The position numbers and the translations under genes were made by a program. Positions 50,029-59,509 of a stretch of DNA of 64,000 nucleotides are shown here, in pieces. The notes under the pieces were generated by a model. That model searched no databases. It had not been told where the DNA came from and saw only the letters and a list, made by a program, of their open reading frames with translations. Within the stretch, counting starts at the first letter, position 1, and each line of letters begins with the position of its first letter. The stretch lies in contig DATDVZ010000006.1 in assembly GCA_036517475.1 (NCBI GenBank), positions 8,226 through 72,225 on the forward strand. The letters run 5' to 3'. The DNA is from Minisyncoccota bacterium. GTDB lineage: Bacteria; Patescibacteriota; Minisyncoccia; Phycocordibacterales; Zambryskibacteraceae.

Positions 50029-50421
50029 GTGGACAAGACCGAGATATATACCAGCCTGGAAATCCTCTGTGTCTTCTTCTGGTTTGTTTTTGACGGCTTC
50101 TGGCTTCTGGAGTGGAAGGCCCTCACCTACATTTTCTGCGCCCTTTCTCTGTTAATGGCTGTAGCAATGTTTTTCTACATCAAGCGCGAGAAGGCGCTTG
50201 TGTTAATCGCCTTGGCCGACAGTTCGTGGCTTGCCTGCAATATCACTTGGGCTCTGGGTGATCTCTCACAAATTCAGACAGCAGTCTCGGCAGCAAAAGT
50301 ACTTTTTCTTCTCGGAATCATGTTTTTTCTCGGGGCATTCTATGTTGCCGAGGCAAGAAAAAGAATTTCCAACCTCGTCTTGAGCAGGTTGAGGATAATG
50401 AAGTTTTTTGAGAGAAAATAA
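50029..50421 (+). CDS. Hypothetical membrane protein
   Basis: About 4 TM; SD TAAGGAG before GTG. Confidence 0.65.
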   Translation: MDKTEIYTSLEILCVFFWFVFDGFWLLEWKALTYIFCALSLLMAVAMFFYIKREKALVLIALADSSWLACNITWALGDLSQIQTAVSAAKVLFLLGIMFFLGAFYVAEARKRISNLVLSRLRIMKFFERK

Positions 50422-50518
50422 ATTTCCTACAATATGAAGCTGTTCATTGACAATAATTAAGTAGTGAACAGTTTTTTTATATTAAAAAAGAGCGAGTTTT
50501 CCCGCTCTCAAAAGATAT

Positions 50519-51217
50519 TCAATCTGTTAAAACAAGTCTGGCCATATCATTAAAAGAGCACTCTCTATCTTCAGCAGATACCTGTGTTCCGTGATGGAGC
50601 GAATCACTCACTGTAAGAATACTGAGTGCTTTTACTCCATATCGTGCAGCAACTGTGTAGAGTTCCGCACTTTCCATCTCAACAGCAAGAACTCCGTACT
50701 GAGCCCAAAGTCTCCATTCTTCAGGATCAGGACCATAGAAAGTATCGGTTGCTAGGATGTTGCCAACCCGGACAGGAATGTTTAGTCTTTTAGACCTCAT
50801 TTGCGCAACTGCCAACAGTTCCCAGTCAGCAATCGGAGCAAAATCCATTCCCTTAAAACGCCTGCGGTTGATATTTGAATCAGAACAGGATCCTTGGGCT
50901 AAGATTATTTCGCGAAGCCCAATTTCTGGCTGAAGAGCGCCGCAACTTCCAAGACGAATGATATCCTTTACACCATAATCACGAATAAGCTCGTGAACGT
51001 AGATGCTTAAGGACGGCATACCCATTCCACTTCCCTGAATCGAAACTCTCACCCCTCTTCGGGTTGTTCCAGTAAATCCCAGCATATTGCGAGTGCGATT
51101 ATACTGAACAATATCAGTTAGCCAATTCTCGGCAATAAACTTCGCCCTCAATGGGTCGCCTGGTAAAAGCACTCTTGAGGCAATTTGACCGGGGTTAGCG
51201 CTAATATGAATACTCAC
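50519..51217 (-). CDS. deoD: Purine nucleoside phosphorylase DeoD-type
   Basis: LLPGDPLRAKFIA, GMGMPS, VEMESA, TVSD; SD AGGAGG. Confidence 0.95.
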   Translation of the reverse strand: MSIHISANPGQIASRVLLPGDPLRAKFIAENWLTDIVQYNRTRNMLGFTGTTRRGVRVSIQGSGMGMPSLSIYVHELIRDYGVKDIIRLGSCGALQPEIGLREIILAQGSCSDSNINRRRFKGMDFAPIADWELLAVAQMRSKRLNIPVRVGNILATDTFYGPDPEEWRLWAQYGVLAVEMESAELYTVAARYGVKALSILTVSDSLHHGTQVSAEDRECSFNDMARLVLTD

Positions 51218-51320
51218 AATCTCCTCCTGAGGAATTCCATAAGCTAAACTAGCAGATCAAAATATTAAGTCAATAATTATAATTTTGAATTAAAATTTGG
51301 TGCTATGCTTTAGTTACTTG

Positions 51321-51444
51321 TCCCGTTAGAAGCCGCGATGTAATTTAAAAAAAGTAAGTATACTTATTTAATATGATAAGGTTGAGTAATTATCAATATA
51401 ACTATTTTCAGAGAACGTCAATCGCGATCTGCTTCTAATGGGAT
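51321..51444 (+). repeat. Start-codon-abutting inverted-repeat element, copy 3
   Basis: TCCCGTTAGAAGCCGCGAT...ATCGCGATCTGCTTCTAATGGG-ATG. Confidence 0.88.
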
Positions 51445-52063
51445 GAGTAGCAACCAAGAACTAATTAAACATCTCAAGCAAACGGGGGTGCTTAAATCTG
51501 CAAATATTGAGGCGGCAGTTATGAAAGTTTTAAGAGAAGATTTTGTTCCTATGCAGTATAGTGCTGACGCATATGAAGATACAGCTTTACCAATTGGCGC
51601 AGGTCAGACAATCTCACAACCATATACAGTGGTATTTATGCTAGAACTTCTGCGAGTTGAGGAAGGAAATAATATTTTAGAAGTTGGTTTTGGCTCCGGC
51701 TGGCAAACAGCTCTCCTTTCACACATGGTCGGCAGAACTGGAAGAGTGAGAGCTTTTGAAGTTGTTAGGGAATTGTGTGAGTTTGGAAAACTAAATCTAC
51801 AAAAATACTCTGACCTTTACAACAGAGTTGAACTCCATTGCCAGAGCGCGCAGGATGGTTTGAAGGAAGCCTCTCCATTTGACTGCATAATTTGCGCGGC
51901 GGAAGTCAAAGATGTTCCAGATGCTTGGAAGCAGCAGCTTAAAGTTGGTGGAAAGATGGTTTACCCCCAGGAGAATTCTTTGGTATTGGAAATTAAAAAA
52001 AATGAGAATGAATTTGATAAGAAGAAATTTCACGGATTTGTTTTTGTACCGTATGTAAAATAA
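51443..52063 (+). CDS. pcm: Protein-L-isoaspartate O-methyltransferase
   Basis: AYED.ALPIG.GQTISQP, LEVG.GSGW.TA, FVP. Confidence 0.93.
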   Translation: MSSNQELIKHLKQTGVLKSANIEAAVMKVLREDFVPMQYSADAYEDTALPIGAGQTISQPYTVVFMLELLRVEEGNNILEVGFGSGWQTALLSHMVGRTGRVRAFEVVRELCEFGKLNLQKYSDLYNRVELHCQSAQDGLKEASPFDCIICAAEVKDVPDAWKQQLKVGGKMVYPQENSLVLEIKKNENEFDKKKFHGFVFVPYVK

Positions 52064-52264
52064 CAAATAATTAATAACATATAACTTATAACATTGATTT
52101 TGTTGAATTTACCAAGAAATTCAAGGAAGTTGAGAGAGCGATCATTTGAAAAAGGATGAGCGCATGGAAAATGACGCCGAGCACACTTATCAGCTGGCGC
52201 TTGTCGCTTGGTAGTAAATATGATTTCAGTGAAAATTCATCATTAAACTTCTATCTTGATTATT

Positions 52265-52447
52265 ATGCCTAAGTACGGTAAAAAAGCTCAACAGAAGGTT
52301 AAAAAAGCAGTAAGCGAGTATAAAAGAGGCAAACTTCACAGCGGTAGGAGTGGAGCAAAAGTTAAGAATCGCAAGCAGGCAATTGCCATCGGTTTATCTC
52401 AAGCAAGAAAGGCCGGCGGCAAAGTGCCTCGCCAACGTAGGCGTTAA
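52265..52447 (+). CDS. DUF6496-like small basic protein
   Basis: EYKRGKLHSG...KVKNRKQAIAIGLS.AR. Confidence 0.8.
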   Translation: MPKYGKKAQQKVKKAVSEYKRGKLHSGRSGAKVKNRKQAIAIGLSQARKAGGKVPRQRRR

Positions 52448-52484
52448 TTAAAAATTAGAAATTTTAAATTAAAAATTAAATAAA

Positions 52485-52637
52485 ATGCTTACAACAATTG
52501 CAATTATACTTTTGGTTTTATGGATTCTTGGAGTAATCGGAGTTTATACTATCGGTTCGTTTATTCATATCCTTCTTGTCATAGCCATAATAATGTTTCT
52601 TATCAGGATTATTAGAGGAGAAAATCCTATTAAATAA
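52485..52637 (+). CDS. lmo0937-family small membrane protein (not in track)
   Basis: MLTTIAIILLVLWILGVIGVYTIGSFIHILLVIAIIMFLIRIIRG. Confidence 0.85.
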   Translation: MLTTIAIILLVLWILGVIGVYTIGSFIHILLVIAIIMFLIRIIRGENPIK

Positions 52638-52639
52638 AG

Positions 52640-53179
52640 TTGCTTGAAGCAAATTTAAAGAGAAGTTATCTAATAGTTTTGATTGTAATCGCGGCACTTC
52701 TTGTCCTATTCATTTCTCTTGTAAGCAAAAAATCTTACAGAAAAACTACCGATAACGGCGTGATCTACTGTGCCACAGATGTGCAAGCTTGCCCCGATGG
52801 CTCGTATGTATCGCGAATTCCGCCTGAATGCAACTTTGGGGATTGTGAAGTCAGCATTGTGAACGGAAAACTTGAAACAGAACTTCTAACAAAAATTGAT
52901 CAGGGAGCATCTGGCCTTGATGTCAAAGTAACACCCAATGAAGTTCTTGAGGATAGTCGTTGCCCAGTTGATGTTACTTGCATTCAGGCAGGAACCGTTA
53001 GATTAAGTGCGACTCTAGAAAGTGGTCTGGGCAGAACTCAACAAATTTTTAAACTGAACACTCCGATTACAACCGAGGCGGAAGAAGTTACATTGATCAA
53101 AGTTTTGCCAGAGAAATATTCAAACAAAGTTATTGAACTTAAAGATTATCAATTTATTTTTAAAGTGAGAAAAAGATAA
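52640..53179 (+). CDS. Membrane-anchored Cys-motif exported protein
   Basis: TM; C..D...CPDGSYV.R.PP.C.F; EDSRCP.DV.CIQAG. Confidence 0.75.
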   Translation: MLEANLKRSYLIVLIVIAALLVLFISLVSKKSYRKTTDNGVIYCATDVQACPDGSYVSRIPPECNFGDCEVSIVNGKLETELLTKIDQGASGLDVKVTPNEVLEDSRCPVDVTCIQAGTVRLSATLESGLGRTQQIFKLNTPITTEAEEVTLIKVLPEKYSNKVIELKDYQFIFKVRKR

Positions 53180-54820
53180 TTACTTTTTTCCTTGTAAAGC
53201 TGCCTTTAAAAATGCTGTGAATAAAGGATGGGGCGAAAGGGGTCTTGCCTTAAATTCAGGATGAAACTGAGTTCCAAGAAAAAACGGATGTAAGTTTTTT
53301 GGCAGTTCAGCAATTTCCATGAGCTTCTTATCAGAAGAATACCCAGAGAAAACAAGTCCTGCCTTCTCAAGTTTTTCAACAAGTTTTGGATTAACTTCAT
53401 ATCTATGTCTATGCCTTTCGCTAATTTTATTTGTACCATAAGAATCGGCTGCAACAGAGCCATTTTTGAGGTTTGCCTTCCAAGAGCCCAATCTCATTGT
53501 CGCGCCATATTTACCTCTATTTAAATGAGATTTTTGGTTCTCCATTATGTCAATTACCGGATACTTAGTTTTTTTATTTATTTCTGATGTATGAGCATCC
53601 TTCCAACCCACTACATTTCTTGCAAATTCCACTACTGCAAGCTGCATACCATAACAAAGACCAAAAAAAGGAATTTTTTTCTCCCGGACATAATGAATTG
53701 CTGAAATTATCCCCTCCACCCCATTTGCACCAAAGCCCCCCGGAACAAGCACCCCATCAAAGGCAGAGAGAACATCCAGTTTAAGTTTCTTACTCTCAAA
53801 ATCTTTTGAGTTAATGTAAGTTAGTTTTGGTTTTACCTTGAGATAATACGAGGAAAATTTAATTGCTTCAAGCACGGAAATATAAACATCTGAAAGAATA
53901 AAATTTCCCGAATCAAAATATTTGCCGACTACCGCAATATTTACGTTTTTTTTACCGTTTTTTGTCTTTGAAACAAAACTCTTCCAGTCATTTAGATTTG
54001 CTTTGCGCTTTGGTAGGTCCAAAACTTCGCTCAAGATGTTTCCGAGGTTATCTTTTTCAAAATTTAAGGGAACATCATAAATACTTTCAACATCTGGTGC
54101 AGAAATAACATTCCTTGCAGGAAGATTACAGAAAATTGAAATCTTTTCTTTTCTTTTTTTATCCAGCGAATGCGTGCTTCTTGCAATAATTATATCTGCT
54201 TGTACTCCGGCGCTATTTAATGTTCGGGTAGCATACTGAGTTGGTTTTGTCTTCATCTCGCCCAATTTATCTGGGATGGGAAGATAAGAAACCATGACGA
54301 AAGTAACATCTTTAGGTAACTTTGTTTTGAGCATTCTTGCCGCCTCTAAAAAAAGAATGTTTTGATACTCCCCTACGGTTCCGCCGATTTCAATAACAGT
54401 AATATCTGCTTTGGCTAGCTTGGCTGCATTTTCAATCCTTTTTATTACCTCAAGAGGAATGTCGGGTACAACTTCAACACATTTGCCTTTATAATCTAAA
54501 TTTCTTTCTTTGCGAATAACTTCCAAATAGACTCTGCCAGTAGTCATGTAATTAACCCTTGAGAAATTTGAATTTAGGAATCTTTCATAATTTCCCATGT
54601 CCTGATCTGTCTCATCACCGTCATCTAAAACAAAAACCTCACCGTGTTCTGTTGGATTCATGGTGCCGGCATCAACATTAATATAAGGATCAATCTTAAG
54701 AGCAGTTACGCTAAATCCGCGAGCCTGCATAATCTTTGCAATTGAAGAGGAGGTTATACCCTTGCCGACTCCTGACATTACCCCGCCCACGACAAAGATG
54801 TATTTTTTCTTATGCATCAC
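53180..54820 (-). CDS. pyrG: CTP synthase
   Basis: GGVMSGVGKG, KIDPYINVDAGTM, GLCYGMQ, ERHRHRYE, QFHPE. Confidence 0.97.
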   Translation of the reverse strand: MMHKKKYIFVVGGVMSGVGKGITSSSIAKIMQARGFSVTALKIDPYINVDAGTMNPTEHGEVFVLDDGDETDQDMGNYERFLNSNFSRVNYMTTGRVYLEVIRKERNLDYKGKCVEVVPDIPLEVIKRIENAAKLAKADITVIEIGGTVGEYQNILFLEAARMLKTKLPKDVTFVMVSYLPIPDKLGEMKTKPTQYATRTLNSAGVQADIIIARSTHSLDKKRKEKISIFCNLPARNVISAPDVESIYDVPLNFEKDNLGNILSEVLDLPKRKANLNDWKSFVSKTKNGKKNVNIAVVGKYFDSGNFILSDVYISVLEAIKFSSYYLKVKPKLTYINSKDFESKKLKLDVLSAFDGVLVPGGFGANGVEGIISAIHYVREKKIPFFGLCYGMQLAVVEFARNVVGWKDAHTSEINKKTKYPVIDIMENQKSHLNRGKYGATMRLGSWKANLKNGSVAADSYGTNKISERHRHRYEVNPKLVEKLEKAGLVFSGYSSDKKLMEIAELPKNLHPFFLGTQFHPEFKARPLSPHPLFTAFLKAALQGKK

Positions 54821-54888
54821 TTTAAATAATTTCCAATTTTCATTGAATTTTTCAATGATTCATTGTTAAGTTTTTATAAAATTAAAAA

Positions 54889-55818
54889 TTATATCTTAAG
54901 GTATCTGCGCACAGCCAAGTAACTCGAGAATGCACCGATTAATAGTCCTGATAAAATAATTATAAGAAAAATCTGACCGAAATTGCGTGTATAGTATTCA
55001 AATACGTTAAAAGACAGGAATAGATTTGAGGTTTGTTCACCCAGCCAGTATGTCACCGGATAGAAGAGAATGAGTGTCAGTACGCCTGCCAAAGCTCCGT
55101 AAATTGCACCGACAACAACAAAAGGCCCGCGCACATAGAAACTTGTTGCCCCAACAAGACGCATTACTGAAATTTCCTCGCGAGAAATATAAATTGCAAG
55201 CCTGATTGTGTTGAAAGTAATAAGAACCGAAACTGCGATTAGGATGACAGCAATAATGCTTCCGAGCCGCTCTGTTGTGTTAATAATTTTACTTAGTTTT
55301 TCTATTGCAACTTTGTTCTGGTAGTAATTTACCTTATCTACAATTGAGGCTCCGTCTTGTGAAAGTGCCGGCTCGTTCTGCAGAAAATTTGCTATTCCTT
55401 CGTACTGCGAGGGGTTTTTTGCTTTTATATTGAGTGATGCCTGCAGGGGGTTCTCGCCCAATTCTTCAAGTGCTTGCAAGGTCAGTTCGTCATTTTCGTG
55501 TCTTTGTCTGAATTTAGAAAGTGCTTCGTCTCTAGAAGTGTATGTAATCGAGGCAACTTCAGGAAGGTTTTCCAGTTGTGATTTGAGGGAAAGTATTTCA
55601 GATTCGTCAGCTCTTGTAACGAAATAGACATTTATGTCAACTTTATCTTTTATCTCTTGCAAGGATGCATTCAAGGTTGCAGAAAGAAAAATTAGGCTCG
55701 CTATCACAGAAAGAGTGATTATCATTATTAATACTGAAGAGAGAGAAACAAAAGTGCTTCTGGAAAAGTTAAAAAACCCGCTTTTTACTATTCTTTTAAT
55801 GTTTACCCACATTGTCAT
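54889..55818 (-). CDS. ftsX: Cell division permease FtsX
   Basis: NPL, NTIRLAI.. REEI.VMRLVGA...VRGPF. Confidence 0.92.
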   Translation of the reverse strand: MTMWVNIKRIVKSGFFNFSRSTFVSLSSVLIMIITLSVIASLIFLSATLNASLQEIKDKVDINVYFVTRADESEILSLKSQLENLPEVASITYTSRDEALSKFRQRHENDELTLQALEELGENPLQASLNIKAKNPSQYEGIANFLQNEPALSQDGASIVDKVNYYQNKVAIEKLSKIINTTERLGSIIAVILIAVSVLITFNTIRLAIYISREEISVMRLVGATSFYVRGPFVVVGAIYGALAGVLTLILFYPVTYWLGEQTSNLFLSFNVFEYYTRNFGQIFLIIILSGLLIGAFSSYLAVRRYLKI

Positions 55819-55898
55819 TGTTCATTATTCATTAAACATAGAACATTTTAATTCATTTTATCGCATTTTTATTTATATTCCATGTTTCATGCTCCATG

Positions 55899-56579
55899 TT
55901 AAATGATGTAGCGGCCCTTCTCGTCATCTCTTATAATTTTGCCTTGTTCCATGGTAATAACTCTTTTCCCAAGTGAATCAATAACTCCCTTATTGTGTGT
56001 GGCGAGAATAATTGTTGTGCCTAAATCATTGATTTTTTTGAGAATCTGTACAATATCGTATGTATTTACAGGATCAAGATTACCTGTCGGTTCATCTGCA
56101 AGGATAATGTCGGGTTGATTTATAATTGCTCTAGCAATAGCAACTCTCTGTATTTCCCCACCAGATAGTTCATGGGGAAAACTCCATATTTTTTTTGTTA
56201 AGTCCACCAACTCAAGTACGTGAGGTACATCTGCCTCAATCTCTTCATCGCTACGACCTGCGGCTTCCATACTGAAGGCAATATTTTCATATACATTTTT
56301 ATTTGGTATAAGTCGAAAATCTTGAAATATAACTCCTATCTTTCGCCTGTATTCAGGAATTTCCCTGCTTGGTATGGAGTCAATATCTCTTGAACCAAAG
56401 AAGATCTTACCAGAAGTTGGCTTTTCTTCAGTCAAGATTAGCTTCACCAGCGTAGTCTTGCCGGCACCAGAATGCCCTACGATTGAGACGAACTCTTTCG
56501 GCTCAATGGTAAATGTGACATTATCCAAAGCCACAGAATCACTGCTATATATTTTTGAGACTTTATCGAAATAGAGCAT
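55899..56579 (-). CDS. ftsE: Cell division ATP-binding protein FtsE
   Basis: GHSGAGKTT, IFQDFRL, LSGGE, ADEPTGNLD; between prfB and ftsX. Confidence 0.92.
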   Translation of the reverse strand: MLYFDKVSKIYSSDSVALDNVTFTIEPKEFVSIVGHSGAGKTTLVKLILTEEKPTSGKIFFGSRDIDSIPSREIPEYRRKIGVIFQDFRLIPNKNVYENIAFSMEAAGRSDEEIEADVPHVLELVDLTKKIWSFPHELSGGEIQRVAIARAIINQPDIILADEPTGNLDPVNTYDIVQILKKINDLGTTIILATHNKGVIDSLGKRVITMEQGKIIRDDEKGRYII

Positions 56580-56623
56580 GCCAATTTTGTTTGTGAACGA
56601 AGTGAGCAATTACAAAATTGAGC

Positions 56624-56775
56624 ACCCCGCACTATTTTTGCCTCAGTTTAATAATAAAACACTAGATTTTTAGGCTAATTTTAGTTATTTTTTTGCGCGG
56701 CGCGTGTCCGAGTAGGACACCCTTTGCCGGGCAGTGCGCCGCGCAGCTATTTCAAATGTAAAAATACTGCGGGGT
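56624..56775. mobile_element. MITE-like element, 152 bp, with 16-bp terminal inverted repeats
   Basis: ACCCCGCACTATTTTT ... AAAAATACTGCGGGGT (15/16); internal GCGCGGCGC/GCGCCGCGC stem. Confidence 0.5.
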
Positions 56776-56814
56776 CGTGCCTATTATACCCGACTTCAGG
56801 CAGATTCAAAATTA

Positions 56815-57702
56815 TTAGAGATTCTTTTCAGCTTCAATAAATTCATCTATATCACCATTCAAAACTGCGTCAATATTTGAAGTCTCCATCCCCGTTCTGT
56901 GATCTTTAACCATTTTGTAAGGGTGCATAACGTAAGAGCGAATCTGATTCCCCCACTCAATCTGGGTTGTTTTTGAAATATACATGCCTTTTTCCTTAGC
57001 AATTCTTTCCTCCTCCGTTTTTTTATACAACTTTGCCTGCAGAATCTGCAAAGCTTTCTCCCGATTTTGAGCCTGGCTACGCTGCGACTCCACATGCACG
57101 GCAATGTTTGTCGGAATATGGATCAATCTCACTGCAGTCTCCCGTTTATTGACATTTTGCCCTCCCGGTCCGCTTGAGCGAGCAAATTCAACTTTCAGAT
57201 CATCTTCAGGAATAATCATTTCTTCTTTTTTTTCAAATTTAGGAATAACTTCTACCATGGAAAATGATGTGTGCCGTTTTTTATTTGCATTAAAAGGAGA
57301 AATTCTGACTAAGCGATGTACTCCAGATTCATTTTTCAAGGTCCCATAAACATTTTTTCCTTTAATTTCAATAGTCAGATTTCTGTAACCACCCTGATCA
57401 TTTTTATTTTCATGCAAGAAGGTTACGTCCCAGCCAATTTTGTTAAAGAATTTCAAATACATATTGAGTAAAATTGCAGAAAAATCTTCAGCATCGTCCC
57501 CTCCTGCACCGGAAAAAATTGTCATTATTGCATCTCCTTTATCATATTTGCCTACGCCCGCTCCGCCAGCTGGCGGACTCATCTTTAATTCCTTAATTTC
57601 TTTAATTATTCTGTGCGCCTTTTCCTTGTTAGTCCAAAAATCGGCTTCACCCATTTGAAGCTCTAACTCCTCTAGTTTCTTTTTTTTCTCTTCAATATTC
57701 AT
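56815..57702 (-). CDS. prfB: Peptide chain release factor 2 (shortened N-domain)
   Basis: GAGG, GVHRLVRISPF (SPF motif), GPGGQ, WG.QIRSYV. Confidence 0.92.
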   Translation of the reverse strand: MNIEEKKKKLEELELQMGEADFWTNKEKAHRIIKEIKELKMSPPAGGAGVGKYDKGDAIMTIFSGAGGDDAEDFSAILLNMYLKFFNKIGWDVTFLHENKNDQGGYRNLTIEIKGKNVYGTLKNESGVHRLVRISPFNANKKRHTSFSMVEVIPKFEKKEEMIIPEDDLKVEFARSSGPGGQNVNKRETAVRLIHIPTNIAVHVESQRSQAQNREKALQILQAKLYKKTEEERIAKEKGMYISKTTQIEWGNQIRSYVMHPYKMVKDHRTGMETSNIDAVLNGDIDEFIEAEKNL

Positions 57703-57750
57703 TAATTGATTATAACAATAAGGATTTCAGTGTGCCTAAGTTTAGATTGC

Positions 57751-59028
57751 TTACTTATGAAAATACTTCACGATGCCATGAGATAAGGAGAAAGCAATCG
57801 GCTTTGAGATAAATTTTTGAAGTACACCGCTTATTGGATACTTTCGATGGCGGTCAAATAAATTTCCTCCGAGGTTAATATCACTCTCCACTGCCTCAGC
57901 TATGAGATTTCCCAGGGCCGCTGCCCAAGGGAGCCCAGCTGAACCGGCTATGTAATAAGCGTTATTATATTGGCGATCACGGCCAGCAACCGGCAAAAAA
58001 TCTTTTGTGACGCCGATAAGACCTGACCAAATATATTCAAAATCAATTGTAATTCCAAGTTTTTTCTGTATATATTTCCTGAAATTCCTCAAAATCATTG
58101 GCGAATTTTGTCTTTCAAATGGTATATAGGTATACAAGAGACTTCCTCCGCCAAAAAGAAGTCGATCATCGCCTGTTAAGCGGTAGTATTTATAAATAAG
58201 ATCACTATCCCACACCATGAGTCGCTCTTTCGGAAAAATTGATTTTATTTTCTCGAGAGAAAGTGGAGATGAGACAGTAAGAAAGGTTTGCGCGCTGTAT
58301 ATTTCTTTTTTCAGTACACCCAAGCTCGGTGAAAAACGATCAAGACAGATGATGATTTTCTTTGCATATACAAAATTGTACCTCGTTTTTACCCCTTCGT
58401 TAGTCAAAGAGACAGCTTCTGTATCTTCATATAAATGGACTCCTTGTTTTTCTAAAATTTCTTTAAGTTTTTGGCAGTAAAGATAAGCGTTTATCCCAAA
58501 TGTCCCTCCATATTTTACCCCACCCTCATAATCTTGTGAGTTAATTAGGGTTTCAAGGTTTTCTTTCTCAGAAAGTGTGCTTTCATAACCAGATGATTGA
58601 CGACTATTATGTTCAGAGATTATTTTTTTAAAAGCCTGCTTAGTATTTGCGACAAAAAATGAATCTTGGATCTGGTAATCGCAGTCAATTTTATTATCAA
58701 GAATAGTTTTTCTAATGTGCTCAACCCCGCTTGTGACAAAATCCCACAATTCTTTTGCCCCTTTTGCGCCGAAACGTCTGATAAGATGCGAAAGTTCAAG
58801 TTCTGAATCTGGAGTTATGAAACCAGATGATTTTCCGCTCGCGCCAGATCCGCAAAAATCTTTTTCCAGTAGAACAATTCTATATCCTCTCCCAGATAAA
58901 GATTGAGCACAGGTAAGTCCGGCCATGCCACCACCAATTATTGCAATATCCGCCGATAAATCAGATGTAAGTTTTTTAATATTTGGCTTTTTTAGCGTGT
59001 ACCAATAGACTTCATTTTTATGATTCAT
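57751..59028 (-). CDS. FAD-dependent oxidoreductase (DAO/PuuB-like)
   Basis: IIGGGMAGL, GSGASGKSSG, YYRLT.D.RLLFGG; ATG 59028 preferred. Confidence 0.88.
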   Translation of the reverse strand: MNHKNEVYWYTLKKPNIKKLTSDLSADIAIIGGGMAGLTCAQSLSGRGYRIVLLEKDFCGSGASGKSSGFITPDSELELSHLIRRFGAKGAKELWDFVTSGVEHIRKTILDNKIDCDYQIQDSFFVANTKQAFKKIISEHNSRQSSGYESTLSEKENLETLINSQDYEGGVKYGGTFGINAYLYCQKLKEILEKQGVHLYEDTEAVSLTNEGVKTRYNFVYAKKIIICLDRFSPSLGVLKKEIYSAQTFLTVSSPLSLEKIKSIFPKERLMVWDSDLIYKYYRLTGDDRLLFGGGSLLYTYIPFERQNSPMILRNFRKYIQKKLGITIDFEYIWSGLIGVTKDFLPVAGRDRQYNNAYYIAGSAGLPWAAALGNLIAEAVESDINLGGNLFDRHRKYPISGVLQKFISKPIAFSLSHGIVKYFHK

Positions 59029-59119
59029 TGAGCCGATTATATCAAAAAGATTATTTTTAATGCGAAACCCCAACATGTCAACCTGAGAGGTTGGTGAATC
59101 TGAGTATAAAATTGCGCAC

Positions 59120-59479
59120 AAAATAGAATGGGCGTCCCGACAAGTCGGGACGCCCAAACGGCCATTAACGATTGGCTTTATCTCGGGTATCTAATCCGAG
59201 ATCCGGAGGCGCTTCTCCGGAAAAGTCCCAATCATGACCGTAGTTGCTACGCGCGTCTAAGCTGGTGCCTAAGGGCAAACTCAACTTGGGGAACCAGTCC
59301 CCGCGACGTTGTATTTGCGGCGCAACCATTCCGCATTCGCGGCGTTGAATCTTTCGATCCTAGCCGCTCTGACCGGCAAAGCAGAGCATTGTGCCGTCGT
59401 CGCCATGGTGTGGCCATCACCCCACCATCTAGCTGCTGGCTGTTTCTTGAAAACTTGAAAAGATGATGCTCTTGCCGGT
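59120..59479 (-). ncRNA. Candidate large structured non-coding RNA (~355 nt), family unknown
   Basis: GC-rich; many nested stems whose G-U pairs fit the minus strand; TTGATT-16-TAAAAT promoter (59486-59513); 13-bp terminal hairpin + T-rich tail. Confidence 0.65.
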
Positions 59480-59509
59480 ATGTTTATTTTATATAAATTA
59501 AAAATGAAA

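Noticed and set aside
52110-52215. Moderately GC-rich intergenic stretch, possible riboswitch or sRNA
   Set aside because: No recognisable aptamer consensus or convincing stems by eye
59128-59466. Tracked ORF 59128-59466 (+) and the N-terminal extension of the FAD oxidoreductase to 59157
   Set aside because: Both start within a palindromic hairpin and have atypical composition; the structured-RNA reading and ATG 59028 fit better
59120-59479. rRNA fragment, RNase P RNA or tmRNA
   Set aside because: Only 13 nt match 16S; no paired GAGGAAAGUCC/CGGCUUA P4 and no tRNA-like GGGG..CCA ends
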